A DNA stretch of 63,921 nt, the filler included. It is 7 parts of 7 records of this genome, joined end to end, with 100 filler letters (N's around TTAATTAATTAA, not from the genome) between each part and the next. Parts side by side here need not be neighbours in the genome. Positions count along the whole stretch, not along the records: positions 14,969 to 21,808 come from SRR31147125_3606; positions 21,909 to 33,905 come from SRR31147125_3613; 5 more parts are not named here. One strand, written 5' to 3'. Under the pieces are notes generated by a model that made no database searches, was not told where the DNA came from, and worked only from the letters and a program-made list of their open reading frames with translations. Every line of letters begins with the position of its first letter. The first letter of the stretch is position 1. Position numbers and translations under genes: made by a program. Positions 19,688 to 30,460 of this stretch are shown here, piece by piece.

Positions 19688-20253
19688 ATGCCAAAAAAAT
19701 AATTTTCACAAGGGATGAAATTATTCGACAATCGTTTGAACTATTAAAAGAAAGAGGAATTGAAGAGATTACAGCTAGAAATATTGCAAAAAGAATGAAT
19801 TGTTCTCCAGCACCAATTTACAATTGTTTTACCTCAATGGATGAGCTAAAAGAAGTAATTTTGAGAAAAGCTAAAGATTCATTTATGGAATATGTTAAAA
19901 AACCCTATACAGAAACTGTGTTTTTAAATGTTGGAATGGGAATAGTGCTGTTTGCGAAATATGAGAGAAAGTTTTTTGATTCGATATTCCTAAAAAAAGA
20001 GGAGTATCAAGATCTAATACAAGAGTTCAATAAAATGATTTTTGAAGCTTTTGATAAGAATGAAACAACTAAAGGTTTATCAGAAGAAACTAGAAAATGG
20101 TTTTTGCATAAATGTTGGGTTTATACACATGGTTTTGCAACATTAGTTTGTACAAATTATCTAACTGATGTAACGGAAGAATCATTGGAAGAGAACTTAA
20201 GTGAGATTGGATTTATCTTTTTAAAAGAAGCATTAGAAAGAAATAAAGCATAA
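19688..20253 (+). CDS. TetR/AcrR family regulator; one-base frameshift in an A7 tract at codons 2-5
   Basis: RBS then ATG CCA AAA AAA T. Adding one A gives MPKKIIFTRDEIIRQSFELLKERGIEEITARNIAKRMNCSPAPIY, a TetR HTH. Confidence 0.85.
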
Positions 20254-20260
20254 AAATAGA

Positions 20261-20300
20261 TATAGTAAAAGAAGCGGAGTTTTCCGCTTCTTTTACTATA
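20261..20300. terminator. Bidirectional intrinsic terminator
   Basis: Perfect 18-bp inverted repeat TATAGTAAAAGAAGCGGA-GTTT-TCCGCTTCTTTTACTATA between convergent genes. Confidence 0.9.
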
Positions 20301-20319
20301 TAAAAATATTAGATTTAAT

Positions 20320-20739
20320 TTAGTTAACAGTATAAATACCTGAAATATCAAGTATTTCAACTTGTACATCTACCACATTCTTATCTTTATCAGCAATTTT
20401 TCCATAAGCTTTTTTGCTTAAACTTATAATTTCACCTTTAACATATGGACCTCTATCATTAATAGTAACATCGACACTTTTTCCGTTTTTAATATTTGTG
20501 ACTCTGACAACTACTCCAAATGGTAACGTTTTATGCGCAGCAGTATATTTTCGCATGTTAAACTTCTCACCGCTAGCTGTAAGCTTACCGTGATACCGTT
20601 GTCCATACCAAGATGCCTTTCCAAGAAGTTCATGAACCTTAACATATTGTTTGGTCAATCTCTTTCTTTCCGACATTTCAGAACAGGATCCAAATAATAA
20701 AACTATTAAAAAAAATGAAGCGACTTTTAATATTTTCAT
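20320..20739 (-). CDS. rlpA: RlpA family lipoprotein (DPBB lytic transglycosylase)
   Basis: Lipobox FGSC, GKASWYG, TASGE, TAAHKTLPFG, INDRGP. Confidence 0.9.
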   Translation of the reverse strand: MKILKVASFFLIVLLFGSCSEMSERKRLTKQYVKVHELLGKASWYGQRYHGKLTASGEKFNMRKYTAAHKTLPFGVVVRVTNIKNGKSVDVTINDRGPYVKGEIISLSKKAYGKIADKDKNVVDVQVEILDISGIYTVN

Positions 20740-20845
20740 TTTTGAATTGTCCCCCTTAATCTAATAATAAATATTTTTTGTAACTTCTCCCATTTTAATT
20801 TTACTATATCAAAATTAGAATGAACTTAATATTTTCCTTAAAAGT

Positions 20846-21808
20846 TTAATTTTGTTCTAACCAATCAAAGTAAACTTCAGGAAATGGCTGCAAAGCCCTG
20901 TCTAAAATTCCGTGTATTGCTGCAATGCACAGTCCATAATTAATTATCGGCACACCACGCTCGAAACTTGCTTCTATTCTATTTAGCATCTCTTTTCTAT
21001 TTAGAGTACATGCTCCGCAATGTATAACTAATTTGTAATTTTCCAAATTATTAGGATAATCACGACCTGAACAAAACTCAAACTCAATCTCACTATCTAT
21101 ATGTTGCCTAATCCATCTAGGAATTTTTATTTTTCCAATGTCATCAGGCTGTGCATGATGAGTACATGCTTCAGATATAAGAACTTTATCTCCAGATTTT
21201 AGTTTCATTAATGTTTTCGCACCTTGTACAAGTTTAAAAAGATCTCCTTTATATCGTGCAAATAAGATAGAAAACGAAGTTAACATTATATCATCTGGAG
21301 TATCTGCACTAACTTTTGCAAACTCTTGTGAATCAGTAATCACAAGTTTTGGCTTTTTCTTGAGGTTGTCTAATGTCCACCTTAGTTCACGTTCCTTGCA
21401 TGTATGAAAAACTCCATCGTTATCTAAAATGTCACGCATAGTTTGTATTTGAGGTAAAATTAATCTTCCTTTCGGCATTCCTGTATCAATAGGGATAACT
21501 AAAACAATATCATCTCCAGGAGTGATTAAGTCTCCTAAAATTGTAGGTTGTTCAAACGTCTTTGGACTATGTGTAATAATCAGTTTTTTTAGTTCTTCTA
21601 TATTCTGTTTTTTTTCAGCTGAAATTTCAATATAGTTCCAATTGTTTCTATTTAATTCATCAAGTAAGTCAGATTTAGCTTTTGCTTCGTCATTTTTGTT
21701 AATAACTATTAAAAATTCAGTTGAGTTTTTGTTTAAGAGTTCAATAATTTTATGATCAAAATCAGTAAGTCCATTATAATCAATAACTAATAAAGCGATA
21801 TCAGTTTT
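20846..21808 (-). CDS. hydF: [FeFe]-hydrogenase maturation GTPase HydF, N-terminus lost at contig end
   Basis: Frame open to the contig end, including VINK. IPIDTGMPKGRLILPQ, TSFSILFARYKGD, EACTHH and IHCGAC (CXHX46-53HCXXC). Confidence 0.94.
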   Translation of the reverse strand, partial: KTDIALLVIDYNGLTDFDHKIIELLNKNSTEFLIVINKNDEAKAKSDLLDELNRNNWNYIEISAEKKQNIEELKKLIITHSPKTFEQPTILGDLITPGDDIVLVIPIDTGMPKGRLILPQIQTMRDILDNDGVFHTCKERELRWTLDNLKKKPKLVITDSQEFAKVSADTPDDIMLTSFSILFARYKGDLFKLVQGAKTLMKLKSGDKVLISEACTHHAQPDDIGKIKIPRWIRQHIDSEIEFEFCSGRDYPNNLENYKLVIHCGACTLNRKEMLNRIEASFERGVPIINYGLCIAAIHGILDRALQPFPEVYFDWLEQN

Positions 21809-21908
21809 NNNNNNNNNNNNNNNNNNNNNNNNNNNNNNNNNNNNNNNNNNNNTTAATTAATTAANNNNNNNNNNNNNNNNNNNNNNNNNNNNNNNNNNNN
21901 NNNNNNNN
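21809..21908. other. Artificial contig spacer
   Basis: N44-TTAATTAATTAA-N44. Confidence 0.99.
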
Positions 21909-21910
21909 GG

Positions 21911-22048
21911 GAATTGGATAAAAAGTGGATTGAACTTTATTGTAAGGGAGATTGGCAGAGCTGTATACGTTATTACTTGGAAGAAAAAGGAGAACCGCAT
22001 CCGGATTGTATGCTTCCGGATGGGACCGTTGATGAAAAATTATATTGA
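21911..22048 (+). CDS. C-terminal part of a small Cys-containing conserved hypothetical protein
   Basis: Manual translation: ELDKKWIELYCKGDWQSCIRYYLEEKGEPHPDCMLPDGTVDEKLY*. Confidence 0.6.
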   Translation, partial: ELDKKWIELYCKGDWQSCIRYYLEEKGEPHPDCMLPDGTVDEKLY

Positions 22049-22138
22049 ATGATGGTCGTAGCACCCTTAACTGAGCGATATTTTCCTTATTGGATATCCG
22101 AATTGATGAATTTTATTATATTAAATATTTTTTAGATT

Positions 22139-22726
22139 ATGAATGCAGATCTGGAAAAATGGATTTCTGAGGAGGGTGAAAAGTTTTTAAGGGATCTTGG
22201 TCTTAAAAAGGGGCAAACAATATTGGATTTTGGTTGTGGTGAAGGTCACTATACAATCCCGGCAGCAAAAATTGTGGGAAATGAAGGTAAAGTTTATGCA
22301 TTAGATGAAGACAAAGATACTTTGGCTCAATTGATAAAGATGGTTAAATCAAAAAAACTCAAAAATATTGTGCCAATAAATACTTCAGATGGTTTAAAGA
22401 ACGACACTGTAGATGTCGTACTGTTTTACGATGTTTTGCATTACATGGATAGTGAAGAGAGAAGGGAAATATATAAAAAGGTCTATAACATTGTAAAAAC
22501 CAATGGACTTCTTTCAGTCTATCCAAAGCATCATAAATCAGATGAACCTTTATGGCACTTTTCAGATATGAAATTAAAAGACATTATAAATGAAATAAAA
22601 AGCGCACACTTGCATTGCGATGGTAAAGATTTTGTAAAACTCATACATGATGATAAGTATGATAAAGGATTTATTTTGAGTTTCAGTAAAACAGGAAACA
22701 AATATGCATATCAAGGAGCAAAATAA
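22139..22726 (+). CDS. Class I SAM-dependent methyltransferase
   Basis: ILDFGCGEG, VYALD, DVVLFYDVLH. Confidence 0.88.
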   Translation: MNADLEKWISEEGEKFLRDLGLKKGQTILDFGCGEGHYTIPAAKIVGNEGKVYALDEDKDTLAQLIKMVKSKKLKNIVPINTSDGLKNDTVDVVLFYDVLHYMDSEERREIYKKVYNIVKTNGLLSVYPKHHKSDEPLWHFSDMKLKDIINEIKSAHLHCDGKDFVKLIHDDKYDKGFILSFSKTGNKYAYQGAK

Positions 22727-23363
22727 AAATCCCATGTTATTTATATGACTAGTATGACCAAATTCACCTCAAATGAATGAAAATTCGCTTGACAGGATAA
22801 TTTCTGTAAATATCCGTTCATATTCTTATGGAATTGCTTAATTATTTCATATTTCCTGATTATGAAAAAAGTCAAAATAGATACCTGGATTCAAGGATGG
22901 GTATTCGTCAGCTCCACAGGTATCATTTCATAGGCCTATTTATGTTTTGTAACCATTGATGAAGGGTGCTAAACATTATAGTATATGAAGAAATTTTATA
23001 GTTACTGCCCTTTATTCGCGGTATTCGTATTCCACATATTCATTTGATGATTTGTTATTTTAGGTTAATGCTCCTACTGGTATCAGTTTTTTTATATGCT
23101 TATCGCTTCCGGTATAAAAGATATTAAATGAAGGGAGATCATTTTTAAGGATTTAATGTAATCAAGTGATAGTCGTCATTGTTTAGAGATAAGTAAATGA
23201 ACTCACAGAAATATTATATCGAACTTTCATCAAATCTCCTTCCAGTACGAAAAACTTTCCTAATACTTGTAAACAAAGTGAAATAAAAAGCGAAAATCCT
23301 GCCCTGCAAAATTCGATTTAATTGTGATAAAAATATGATAAGAAATGGTAAATAACTCACAAA

Positions 23364-23389
23364 ATATGTATATTTGATCAAATACATAT
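23364..23389. promoter_or_regulatory. Palindromic putative operator
   Basis: ATATGTA-TATTTGATCAAA-TACATAT, with a perfect 14-bp core TATTTGATCAAATA, about 45 nt upstream of a start codon. Confidence 0.55.
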
Positions 23390-23435
23390 CAGATATACAT
23401 CTTTATATACACTCTTAACAACAGGAGAAGCAATC

Positions 23436-25379
23436 GTGAATGATCGTGGTCCCCGGAAAATGTTTTTTATTTTGATGATAATAGTATTATCTTTTCAGAA
23501 TATCCACTCTCAATCGATAAACTCTGTTACGCCCGGTGAGTTTTTAATAGAGCCACCCACTCTTATTTGTGCCGGATTTGAATGGAGGATAACAGGTGAT
23601 GATAATCACAATGCGCAGGTTACGGTTCATTATCGTCAAAAAGGGGAATCAAAATGGAATGAAGGATTGCCTCTGTTTCGGTTTCAACATGAAAAGGTCT
23701 TTTATCCGAATCTGGAAGTGGATTATACGGCACCGAATATGTTTAGCGGCAGTCTTTTTGATTTAAAGCAGGGAACCGAATATGAGTGCCGGTTTGTCCT
23801 GTCTGATCCCGATGGTGTAAATGGACAAGCAGAAAAATTTGTGACTATTAAAACGAAAAGTGTGCCGAAGGTATTCAAGGGTGGCCATGTAAGGCATGTG
23901 TATCCGGTAAATTATAAAGGTAAAAAGGAGGAACCACACTATGAGGATCTTCTTGAGGCATATTATGGCAAGGGACAGGGATACTGGGGCAGCGCACAGG
24001 TTGAACCTGGTGATATTATTTTGATTCATGCCGGCCTTTACCGGGCTGATTATCATGGTTATTCGAGTAATTTAAACCTGGATTTTTACGGTACCTATGT
24101 ATTGTCTAAAGACGGTACACCAGATAAACCTATCGTTATCAAAGCCGCTGGTGATGGGCCGGTTGTGTTTGATGGTGATGGAACGCACAAGTTGTTTGAT
24201 GTGACCTCAGCTGATTATACCTTTTTTGAAGGATTAAATATTATTAACGCGGATGTGGCTATCTATGCCGGTCTCAGGCATGTTATTGGATGTAAAGGAT
24301 TGGTTGTACGTGATTGTGTTTTGGAGAATGTGGGCGTTGGCATTATGGCACAATATGTTGGCTCCAGTGACTTTTATATTGCGGATAATGTTATTCTGGG
24401 ACGTGATAATCAAAGAAGAGTGCATGGTTGGACCGGGAGATGGCTGGAGTATGGCATACCAAGTGAATTACGATCCTTTATTGGTATCGACATTAATGGC
24501 CAGGGACATACGGTATGTCATAATTATGTGGCTTATTTTCACGATGCCATAGATGTGACACAACAGGGCGCTCCTGAATCGGATGATTTGAATCAAAAGG
24601 CTGTTTCAATAGATTTTTATAATAATGATATTTTTCTCATGGCGGACGATTTTTTTGAAGCGGATTGCGGTGTGCATAATATTCGTATTTTCCGAAATCG
24701 ATGTGTCAATTCAGCCCATTGTGGAATTAGTGCGCAACCAGTCTATGGAGGTCCTGCTTATTTCTTTAGAAATATTTTGTACAATTTGCCAAGTGGTGCC
24801 GCTTTAAAGTTTAATATCCGACCAACCGGCCTTCTGGTATATAATAATACCATCTGTGGTGAATGGACTTCAGGCGGTTTTTCGAATGTGTGCATGCGCA
24901 ATAATCTGTTTCTTGGTTCTGATTTGCCCAATCGTCCTGTTATGGGTGCGAGTACCTATACCTCTTATACCTCTTTTGATTATAACGGTTATCGTCCCAA
25001 CAAAACATGTGAATATCAGTTTTACTGGAGATCACCAGATGCAGGGACATTGAGGGATTATGAGTTGAAAAATGCCAAAGGTCATAAATTCAAGACACTT
25101 GCAGAGTTTCAGCAAACAACGGATCAGGAGCGGCATAGTATCCTGGTGGATTATGATATCTTTCGGAATGTGCAAAAGCCTGATCCAGATGTGCCGGGAC
25201 AGGTTTATCCTACGGAATCGCTTGATTTTTCACTTAAAAAAGGCAGCGTGGCAATTGATGCCGGATGTATGTTGCCGAATATTAATGATGTTTTTACCGG
25301 AAGATCACCTGATCTGGGTGCTTTAGAGTATGGTGCGGATCTACCTGTTTATGGTCCCCGGCCCAGGAAACAGCAATAG
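23436..25379 (+). CDS. Secreted right-handed beta-helix protein with N-terminal FN3-like domain (putative polysaccharide-active enzyme)
   Basis: Signal peptide (IHS|Q), GDIILIHAGLY, GTPDKPIVIKAAGDG, Asn-rich beta-helix repeats, C-terminal AIDAG...PDLGALE. Confidence 0.75.
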   Translation: MNDRGPRKMFFILMIIVLSFQNIHSQSINSVTPGEFLIEPPTLICAGFEWRITGDDNHNAQVTVHYRQKGESKWNEGLPLFRFQHEKVFYPNLEVDYTAPNMFSGSLFDLKQGTEYECRFVLSDPDGVNGQAEKFVTIKTKSVPKVFKGGHVRHVYPVNYKGKKEEPHYEDLLEAYYGKGQGYWGSAQVEPGDIILIHAGLYRADYHGYSSNLNLDFYGTYVLSKDGTPDKPIVIKAAGDGPVVFDGDGTHKLFDVTSADYTFFEGLNIINADVAIYAGLRHVIGCKGLVVRDCVLENVGVGIMAQYVGSSDFYIADNVILGRDNQRRVHGWTGRWLEYGIPSELRSFIGIDINGQGHTVCHNYVAYFHDAIDVTQQGAPESDDLNQKAVSIDFYNNDIFLMADDFFEADCGVHNIRIFRNRCVNSAHCGISAQPVYGGPAYFFRNILYNLPSGAALKFNIRPTGLLVYNNTICGEWTSGGFSNVCMRNNLFLGSDLPNRPVMGASTYTSYTSFDYNGYRPNKTCEYQFYWRSPDAGTLRDYELKNAKGHKFKTLAEFQQTTDQERHSILVDYDIFRNVQKPDPDVPGQVYPTESLDFSLKKGSVAIDAGCMLPNINDVFTGRSPDLGALEYGADLPVYGPRPRKQQ

Positions 25380-25525
25380 GTGTCGATTTGTAGCTGACGC
25401 AGTCAATCCATCCCTATTCAATAGTTGTTTGCTCCTTACTCGAATGATATTATTGATTGTGCATTGAATGGGAATTAACGAAAAGGCTCTTTTTAGATAT
25501 TAAAGAATAAAAATGAAAAATTAAC

Positions 25526-25554
25526 TTGACATAATGATTATTAGTGATTATTAT
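25526..25554 (+). promoter_or_regulatory. Sigma70 promoter TTGACA-N17-TATTAT
   Basis: Near-consensus boxes; an ACATAAT...ATTATGT inverted repeat overlaps them. Confidence 0.75.
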
Positions 25555-25594
25555 GTACGGGATTAAACACAAACAATCACAAAAAAAGGCAGTT

Positions 25595-26374
25595 ATGATC
25601 ATGAATAATGCATTTGTTCAGCGTAAACATAGAATTTTAAAACTATTAGAAGAAAAAGAAACAGTCAGAGTCACTGAATTGGCCCAGGAGTTTGGTATAT
25701 CTGAAATAACCATCAGGAGGGATCTTGATAAAATAGAAAAAGAGGGTCTGCTCCTGAAAATACATGGTGGTGCTTCAAAAAGAGAACATTCCTTTTCCGA
25801 GCTGTTATATGAAAAGAGTGCCAAAATATTGGCACAAGAGAAAAAGCGCATTGGTACAGAAGCCGCCAGGATGGTGAAACCTGGTGATGTGGTTTTTATG
25901 GATACCGGAACCACAACATTACAAGTGGCAGCTGCGTTAAAAAAATCCAAAGATATAACCATCATTACCAATTCGATTCTCATATTAACTGAACTTCGAC
26001 TTGTCAAGAATGTGAGTCTTATTATCCTGGGTGGGAACTACAGGGTTGGCAATTTTGCCTTGAGTGGACCGCTAACTGAAATAGATGTAGAGAGTTTCAG
26101 GGCGAAATATGCTTTTCTCGGTGCCGATGGCATTTCGTCTTCAGGGAGTGTCACATCAAATGATATTTACACAGCGCACATAACCAAACTTATGTTAAAG
26201 TATTCAGAGAAACCGGTTTTGGTTGCAGATCATACTAAAATCGGCAGAAGCGGATCAATAAAATATGCCAATATAGAGGATTTTGATACGATCATAACCG
26301 ATGATAAGATTGACCCTCAGAATGTGAGTTTTCTTGAAGGCCGGGATATCAATATGCGGAGAGTGAAGGTATGA
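25595..26374 (+). CDS. DeoR/GlpR family transcriptional regulator
   Basis: ELAQEFGISEITIRRDL...IHGGA, FMDTGTTT, AFLGADG. Confidence 0.93.
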   Translation: MIMNNAFVQRKHRILKLLEEKETVRVTELAQEFGISEITIRRDLDKIEKEGLLLKIHGGASKREHSFSELLYEKSAKILAQEKKRIGTEAARMVKPGDVVFMDTGTTTLQVAAALKKSKDITIITNSILILTELRLVKNVSLIILGGNYRVGNFALSGPLTEIDVESFRAKYAFLGADGISSSGSVTSNDIYTAHITKLMLKYSEKPVLVADHTKIGRSGSIKYANIEDFDTIITDDKIDPQNVSFLEGRDINMRRVKV

Positions 26375-27186
26375 ATGGAAAGGCGCTGCGACTGGAGAAA
26401 CTGTTTAGTAAAAAAGAGAATGCTGTTATTGTAGCCATTGATCATGGAGAGTTTGACGGTCCTATACCTGGATTGATTGATATGGATGAAACGGTGGGAA
26501 AAATCAATCCATGTGTTGATGGCGTCCTGCTTAGTCCTGGAATGTTAAAAAATGTCAGGGGCGCTTTTAATTTCAAAGGTGCGCCCCTACCTATTGTGAG
26601 ATTAAATTGGAGCACAGTTTATTGTTTTCACTGGAAGGCACAAAGTGCCTTCACCGTACCTGTCATATCGGTCAAAGACGCTATTGCTTATGGTGCAGAG
26701 ATTGTGCTTGCTTCGCTTACTCTAAAAACCGGCAGCGAAGAACTGGATGCCAGAAATGTAGAGGTTTTTTGTAAATTAAAAAGTGAGGCGGATAAATATG
26801 GTATTCCTTTTATTGGTGAATTTTTTCCGATCAATTCAGAATCTTTAAATCCGGAAGAGATGCAAGAGCAGGTTTACTCAAGCTGCCGTATACTTGCCGA
26901 GCTTGGAGCTGATGTTATTAAAACCTTCTATACAAAGGATTTTAAAAATGTAACGAATTCCACACCTGTACCGATTTTGGGTCTGGGTGCTGAGAAAAAG
27001 CCGAGCCAATTAGAGGCGCTACAGTTGGCTCAGCAGGAAATTCATGACGGAGCGCAAGGTGTTGTTTTTGGAAGAAATGCCATTCAGGTTGAAAATCCAT
27101 ATAAATTTCAAGCTGCCTTATGCGAGGTGGTCAAAAGGGGAATGTCTCCTCAAGATGCTATCGATGAATTTAAGCTGCGTGATTAA
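26371..27186 (+). CDS. Class I (DhnA/LsrF-like) aldolase family protein
   Basis: VAIDHG, ILAELGADVIKT (Schiff-base Lys), GVVFGRN. Confidence 0.85.
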   Translation: MNGKALRLEKLFSKKENAVIVAIDHGEFDGPIPGLIDMDETVGKINPCVDGVLLSPGMLKNVRGAFNFKGAPLPIVRLNWSTVYCFHWKAQSAFTVPVISVKDAIAYGAEIVLASLTLKTGSEELDARNVEVFCKLKSEADKYGIPFIGEFFPINSESLNPEEMQEQVYSSCRILAELGADVIKTFYTKDFKNVTNSTPVPILGLGAEKKPSQLEALQLAQQEIHDGAQGVVFGRNAIQVENPYKFQAALCEVVKRGMSPQDAIDEFKLRD

Positions 27187-27208
27187 CATTTAACTGACCA
27201 GGGTAGTT

Positions 27209-28726
27209 ATGAATGAACGATATCTCATCGGACTGGATGCCGGGACCACTTCTTTAAAGGGTGTTATTATTAAGGAAAACGGTCATGTAGTTGCCACTGC
27301 CGGGACAGAATATACTTTGGATACACCTTCAAAGGATATTTGTGAACTGGATCCCGAGATTTATTGGGAGAAAAGCCTTTTCGTTATCCGCGCGTTACTT
27401 GATACAGCACAAGTTGCTGCTGAGAAAATAAAAGCTTTAGCGTTTTCCAGTCAGGGCGAAACATTGATAACAGTGGATCAAAATGGTAAACCATTGCGGA
27501 AAGCCATTGTTTGGCTGGATAATCGGTCCTGTGAAGAAGCAGTGGAGATGGAAGCGCATTTTGGCAAAAAGCCTGTTTTATCCATAACCGGACAACCGGA
27601 AATATTACCGATATGGCCGGCTACACGAATTCTCTGGTTACGAAAAAATGAACCTGATATTTTTAAAAAGGCAAAAAAATATCTTTTGGTAGAGGATTTT
27701 CTGGTACACAAGCTTACAAATAAATTTGTATCAAATGAATCCATGTTATCCTCAACACTTTATTTTGATATTGTGGCAAAAAAGTGGTGGGCGGATATGC
27801 TTTCCTGGTTAGCCATTACTCCTGATCACCTTCCTGATATCCAATGTTCAGGTCAACCAGTGGGTACATTAACAAAAGAAGCGGCGCAGGCAACCGGATT
27901 GTCACCTGAGACAGTGGTTATTTCGGGATCTTATGATCATCCGGCCGGAGCCATTGGAGCCGGTAATATATTCTCCGGGATGGTCACAGAGACAACAGGC
28001 GCTGCCATGGCGATGTGTGTGACGATTGACGAACCAATCTTTGATGCCAACCTGAATCTTCCCTGTCAGTGCCACTCAGTACCAGGCAAATATTTTGTTT
28101 TACCTTATGGACAAACAGCTGGAATGGTATTAAAGTGGTTTAAAGAGCAATTTTGTGATTCTGAAAGCATTGAGGCTGACAAAACAGGTAAAGATGTGTA
28201 TGAAATTTTGAGTGGGTTGGCTGCATCTGTCTCGCCCGGCTCAGAGGGATTGACCATGTTGCCGCACCTTATGGGGACCGGCTCGCCCGAGTTTAATCCA
28301 AATGCCAAAGGTGTGTATTGCGGGATTTCCCTGGGTATGGGCAAAGGACATTTTATTCGTGCCTTAATGGAGTCCGTTGCTTGTATGGTGCAAAGAAATA
28401 TTAAAACCCTGGAGCGCTTTTTTAGCATTCACGAAATACGTGCTTTGGGTGGAGGGGCCAAAAGCGATCTATGGAATCAAATCAAAGCAGATTTATCAGG
28501 TAAAAATATCTGTACCCTGCAAAATGTTGAGACGCCATCTCTTGGCGCCGCAATTTTGGCTGGAGTGGGGTGCGGACTTTATAAGGATATCCAGCAAGGT
28601 TGTGCGCACGTTGTAAAAATTAAAAATACTTTTGAACCAGATTCTTCACAAAACAAAATTTACCAGGATATTTATAAGCGGTATATAAATCTTTATGACG
28701 CTCTTGTTCCCATATGGGGGAAATGA
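27209..28726 (+). CDS. FGGY family carbohydrate kinase
   Basis: IGLDAGTTSLK, AIVWLDNR, LGGGAKSDLWNQIKAD, LGAAILAG. Confidence 0.92.
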   Translation: MNERYLIGLDAGTTSLKGVIIKENGHVVATAGTEYTLDTPSKDICELDPEIYWEKSLFVIRALLDTAQVAAEKIKALAFSSQGETLITVDQNGKPLRKAIVWLDNRSCEEAVEMEAHFGKKPVLSITGQPEILPIWPATRILWLRKNEPDIFKKAKKYLLVEDFLVHKLTNKFVSNESMLSSTLYFDIVAKKWWADMLSWLAITPDHLPDIQCSGQPVGTLTKEAAQATGLSPETVVISGSYDHPAGAIGAGNIFSGMVTETTGAAMAMCVTIDEPIFDANLNLPCQCHSVPGKYFVLPYGQTAGMVLKWFKEQFCDSESIEADKTGKDVYEILSGLAASVSPGSEGLTMLPHLMGTGSPEFNPNAKGVYCGISLGMGKGHFIRALMESVACMVQRNIKTLERFFSIHEIRALGGGAKSDLWNQIKADLSGKNICTLQNVETPSLGAAILAGVGCGLYKDIQQGCAHVVKIKNTFEPDSSQNKIYQDIYKRYINLYDALVPIWGK

Positions 28727-28797
28727 TCGACCTAAATTAGATAGGCCTCGTTGATTCTTCATAGATGTGGAAACTATTCTTTGGAAAGGATCGTACA

Positions 28798-30368
28798 GTG
28801 CACGGTTTAAATACTCTTGATATCACCATTTTTATTGCCTATTTCATCGTTTTATTGTTTATCGGATTTTGGACTGGAAGGAAGAAAAAGAGGATTCCCG
28901 GGATTTTTTTCTCACTTCAAACAGGCTGCCCTGGTATGTTGTTGGATTTTCCATAATTGCGGCAGGTATAAGCTCAGAACAATTCCTGGGAACAGTTGGA
29001 TTTGCTTATGAACATGGTCTGGCTGTTGCGAACTGGGAATGGTTAAACGGACCATCTATTATCATTCTGGTTTTAGTGTTTGTTCCATTTTACCTGCGTA
29101 AAAAAATTGTTACCATGCCCCAGTTTCTGGAGAAAAGATATAACGGGGACGTACGAACGCTATTTGCTCTCATAACCATATTGACCTATGTTTTTATTAA
29201 TATGGCAGGTGTTATATTTTCCGGGGGATTTGCTTTAAATAAAATATTTGGTATTAACCTCTATGTAGCGATTTGGAGTATGACCCTGGTTGCCGGTGCC
29301 TTTACAATATACGGAGGTATGGTTTCGGTAGCATGGACACAACTGTTTCAATCTGTTTTGTTGTTGGGGGGCGGTTTGCTTGTGTTTGTCATAGGCCTTA
29401 TCAAAATACCCGGCGGTTGGAATACCATTCTCGGAACGGGAACAAGAGCGCATTTAATCTTGCCGGCAGATCATCCTCACTTACCAGGAACAGGTATGCT
29501 TGTGCTGGCCTTTTCAACGAATATCTGGTATTATTGTACCAATCAATGCATTAATCAAACAACACTGGGTGCAAAAAATGAATGGCATGCCAAAATGGGA
29601 ATTGTCCTGGCCGGTTTTTTGTGGGTACTCATCGTCTTTGCCGATGTCATACCCGGGATGATTGCCTACACACTCAATCCCAATTTGCCGGCAGACGGGG
29701 CTTATCCTTTTGTGGTGAATAAACTTATTCCCAATGGTTTGAGAGGCGTTGTTTTTGCCGGCTTGTGTGGTGCCATCATGTCCACAATCGAGGCACTTAT
29801 AAATGCCACCTCTACGATATTTACATTTGATATATATAGCCGGTTCATGAATAAATCAGCGACTGAAAGGCAAAAAATAAAAATTGGACGAATATGTGGA
29901 ATGGTTGTTTTAATTCTTGGAGCCATCTGGGCACCTATAGTACTAAAATTCGGACATATTTTCTCTTATTTTCAGGAATGTTGGGCCTTTATCGCTATTC
30001 CTGTGGCTGTTGTTTTTGTAGCCGGTGTCTTGTGGAAAGGAGTAAGTGATAAAGCCGCTCTCTGGACCTTATATCTTTCCTTCCCGATGCTTGTTTTGCC
30101 TTATTTGCTGCGAATATTTAAAGTCAGTATGAACGTCTTTAACGTCGCTGGTATTGTATTTATTTTTACGGTGATATTTCTCATTATTACAAGTTTGCTC
30201 AGTCGAACAGTGGTTAATACCCGTGCTGAGGAATATCATTGGTCTTATGACATGCGGAATTTGCCTGCTGAATTGGTCAAAAAGGGTTATCCCTGGTATA
30301 AAAGAGTGCTATTCTGGATGATTGTTATGAGTGCGATATATCTTTTTATATACATAAGTTTATGGTAG
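28798..30368 (+). CDS. Sodium:solute symporter (SSS/SLC5); one-base frameshift in an A5 tract near 28885
   Basis: GTG start after a GGAAAGGA RBS. LDITIFIAYFIVLLFIGFWTGRKK joins EDSRDFFL...LPWYVVGFSIIAAGISSEQFLG; GAIMSTI. Confidence 0.88.
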
Positions 30369-30460
30369 TGGAAAAAGAGAAAGTAATAATAACAGGATTC
30401 TTTTGTCGATATGTCGTCCAATTACCAGGATAGCTTTGTGATGGATTTTTGATATTATTA

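Noticed and set aside
19688-19705. Programmed frameshifting or phase variation in tetR and the other three A-tract genes
   Set aside because: The same single-A loss in unrelated genes and organisms is better explained by sequencing error; no stimulatory structures were evident.
22727-23360. Roughly 630-nt non-coding gap as an ncRNA or mobile element
   Set aside because: I found no convincing repeats, terminal inverted repeats, stable structure or ORF.
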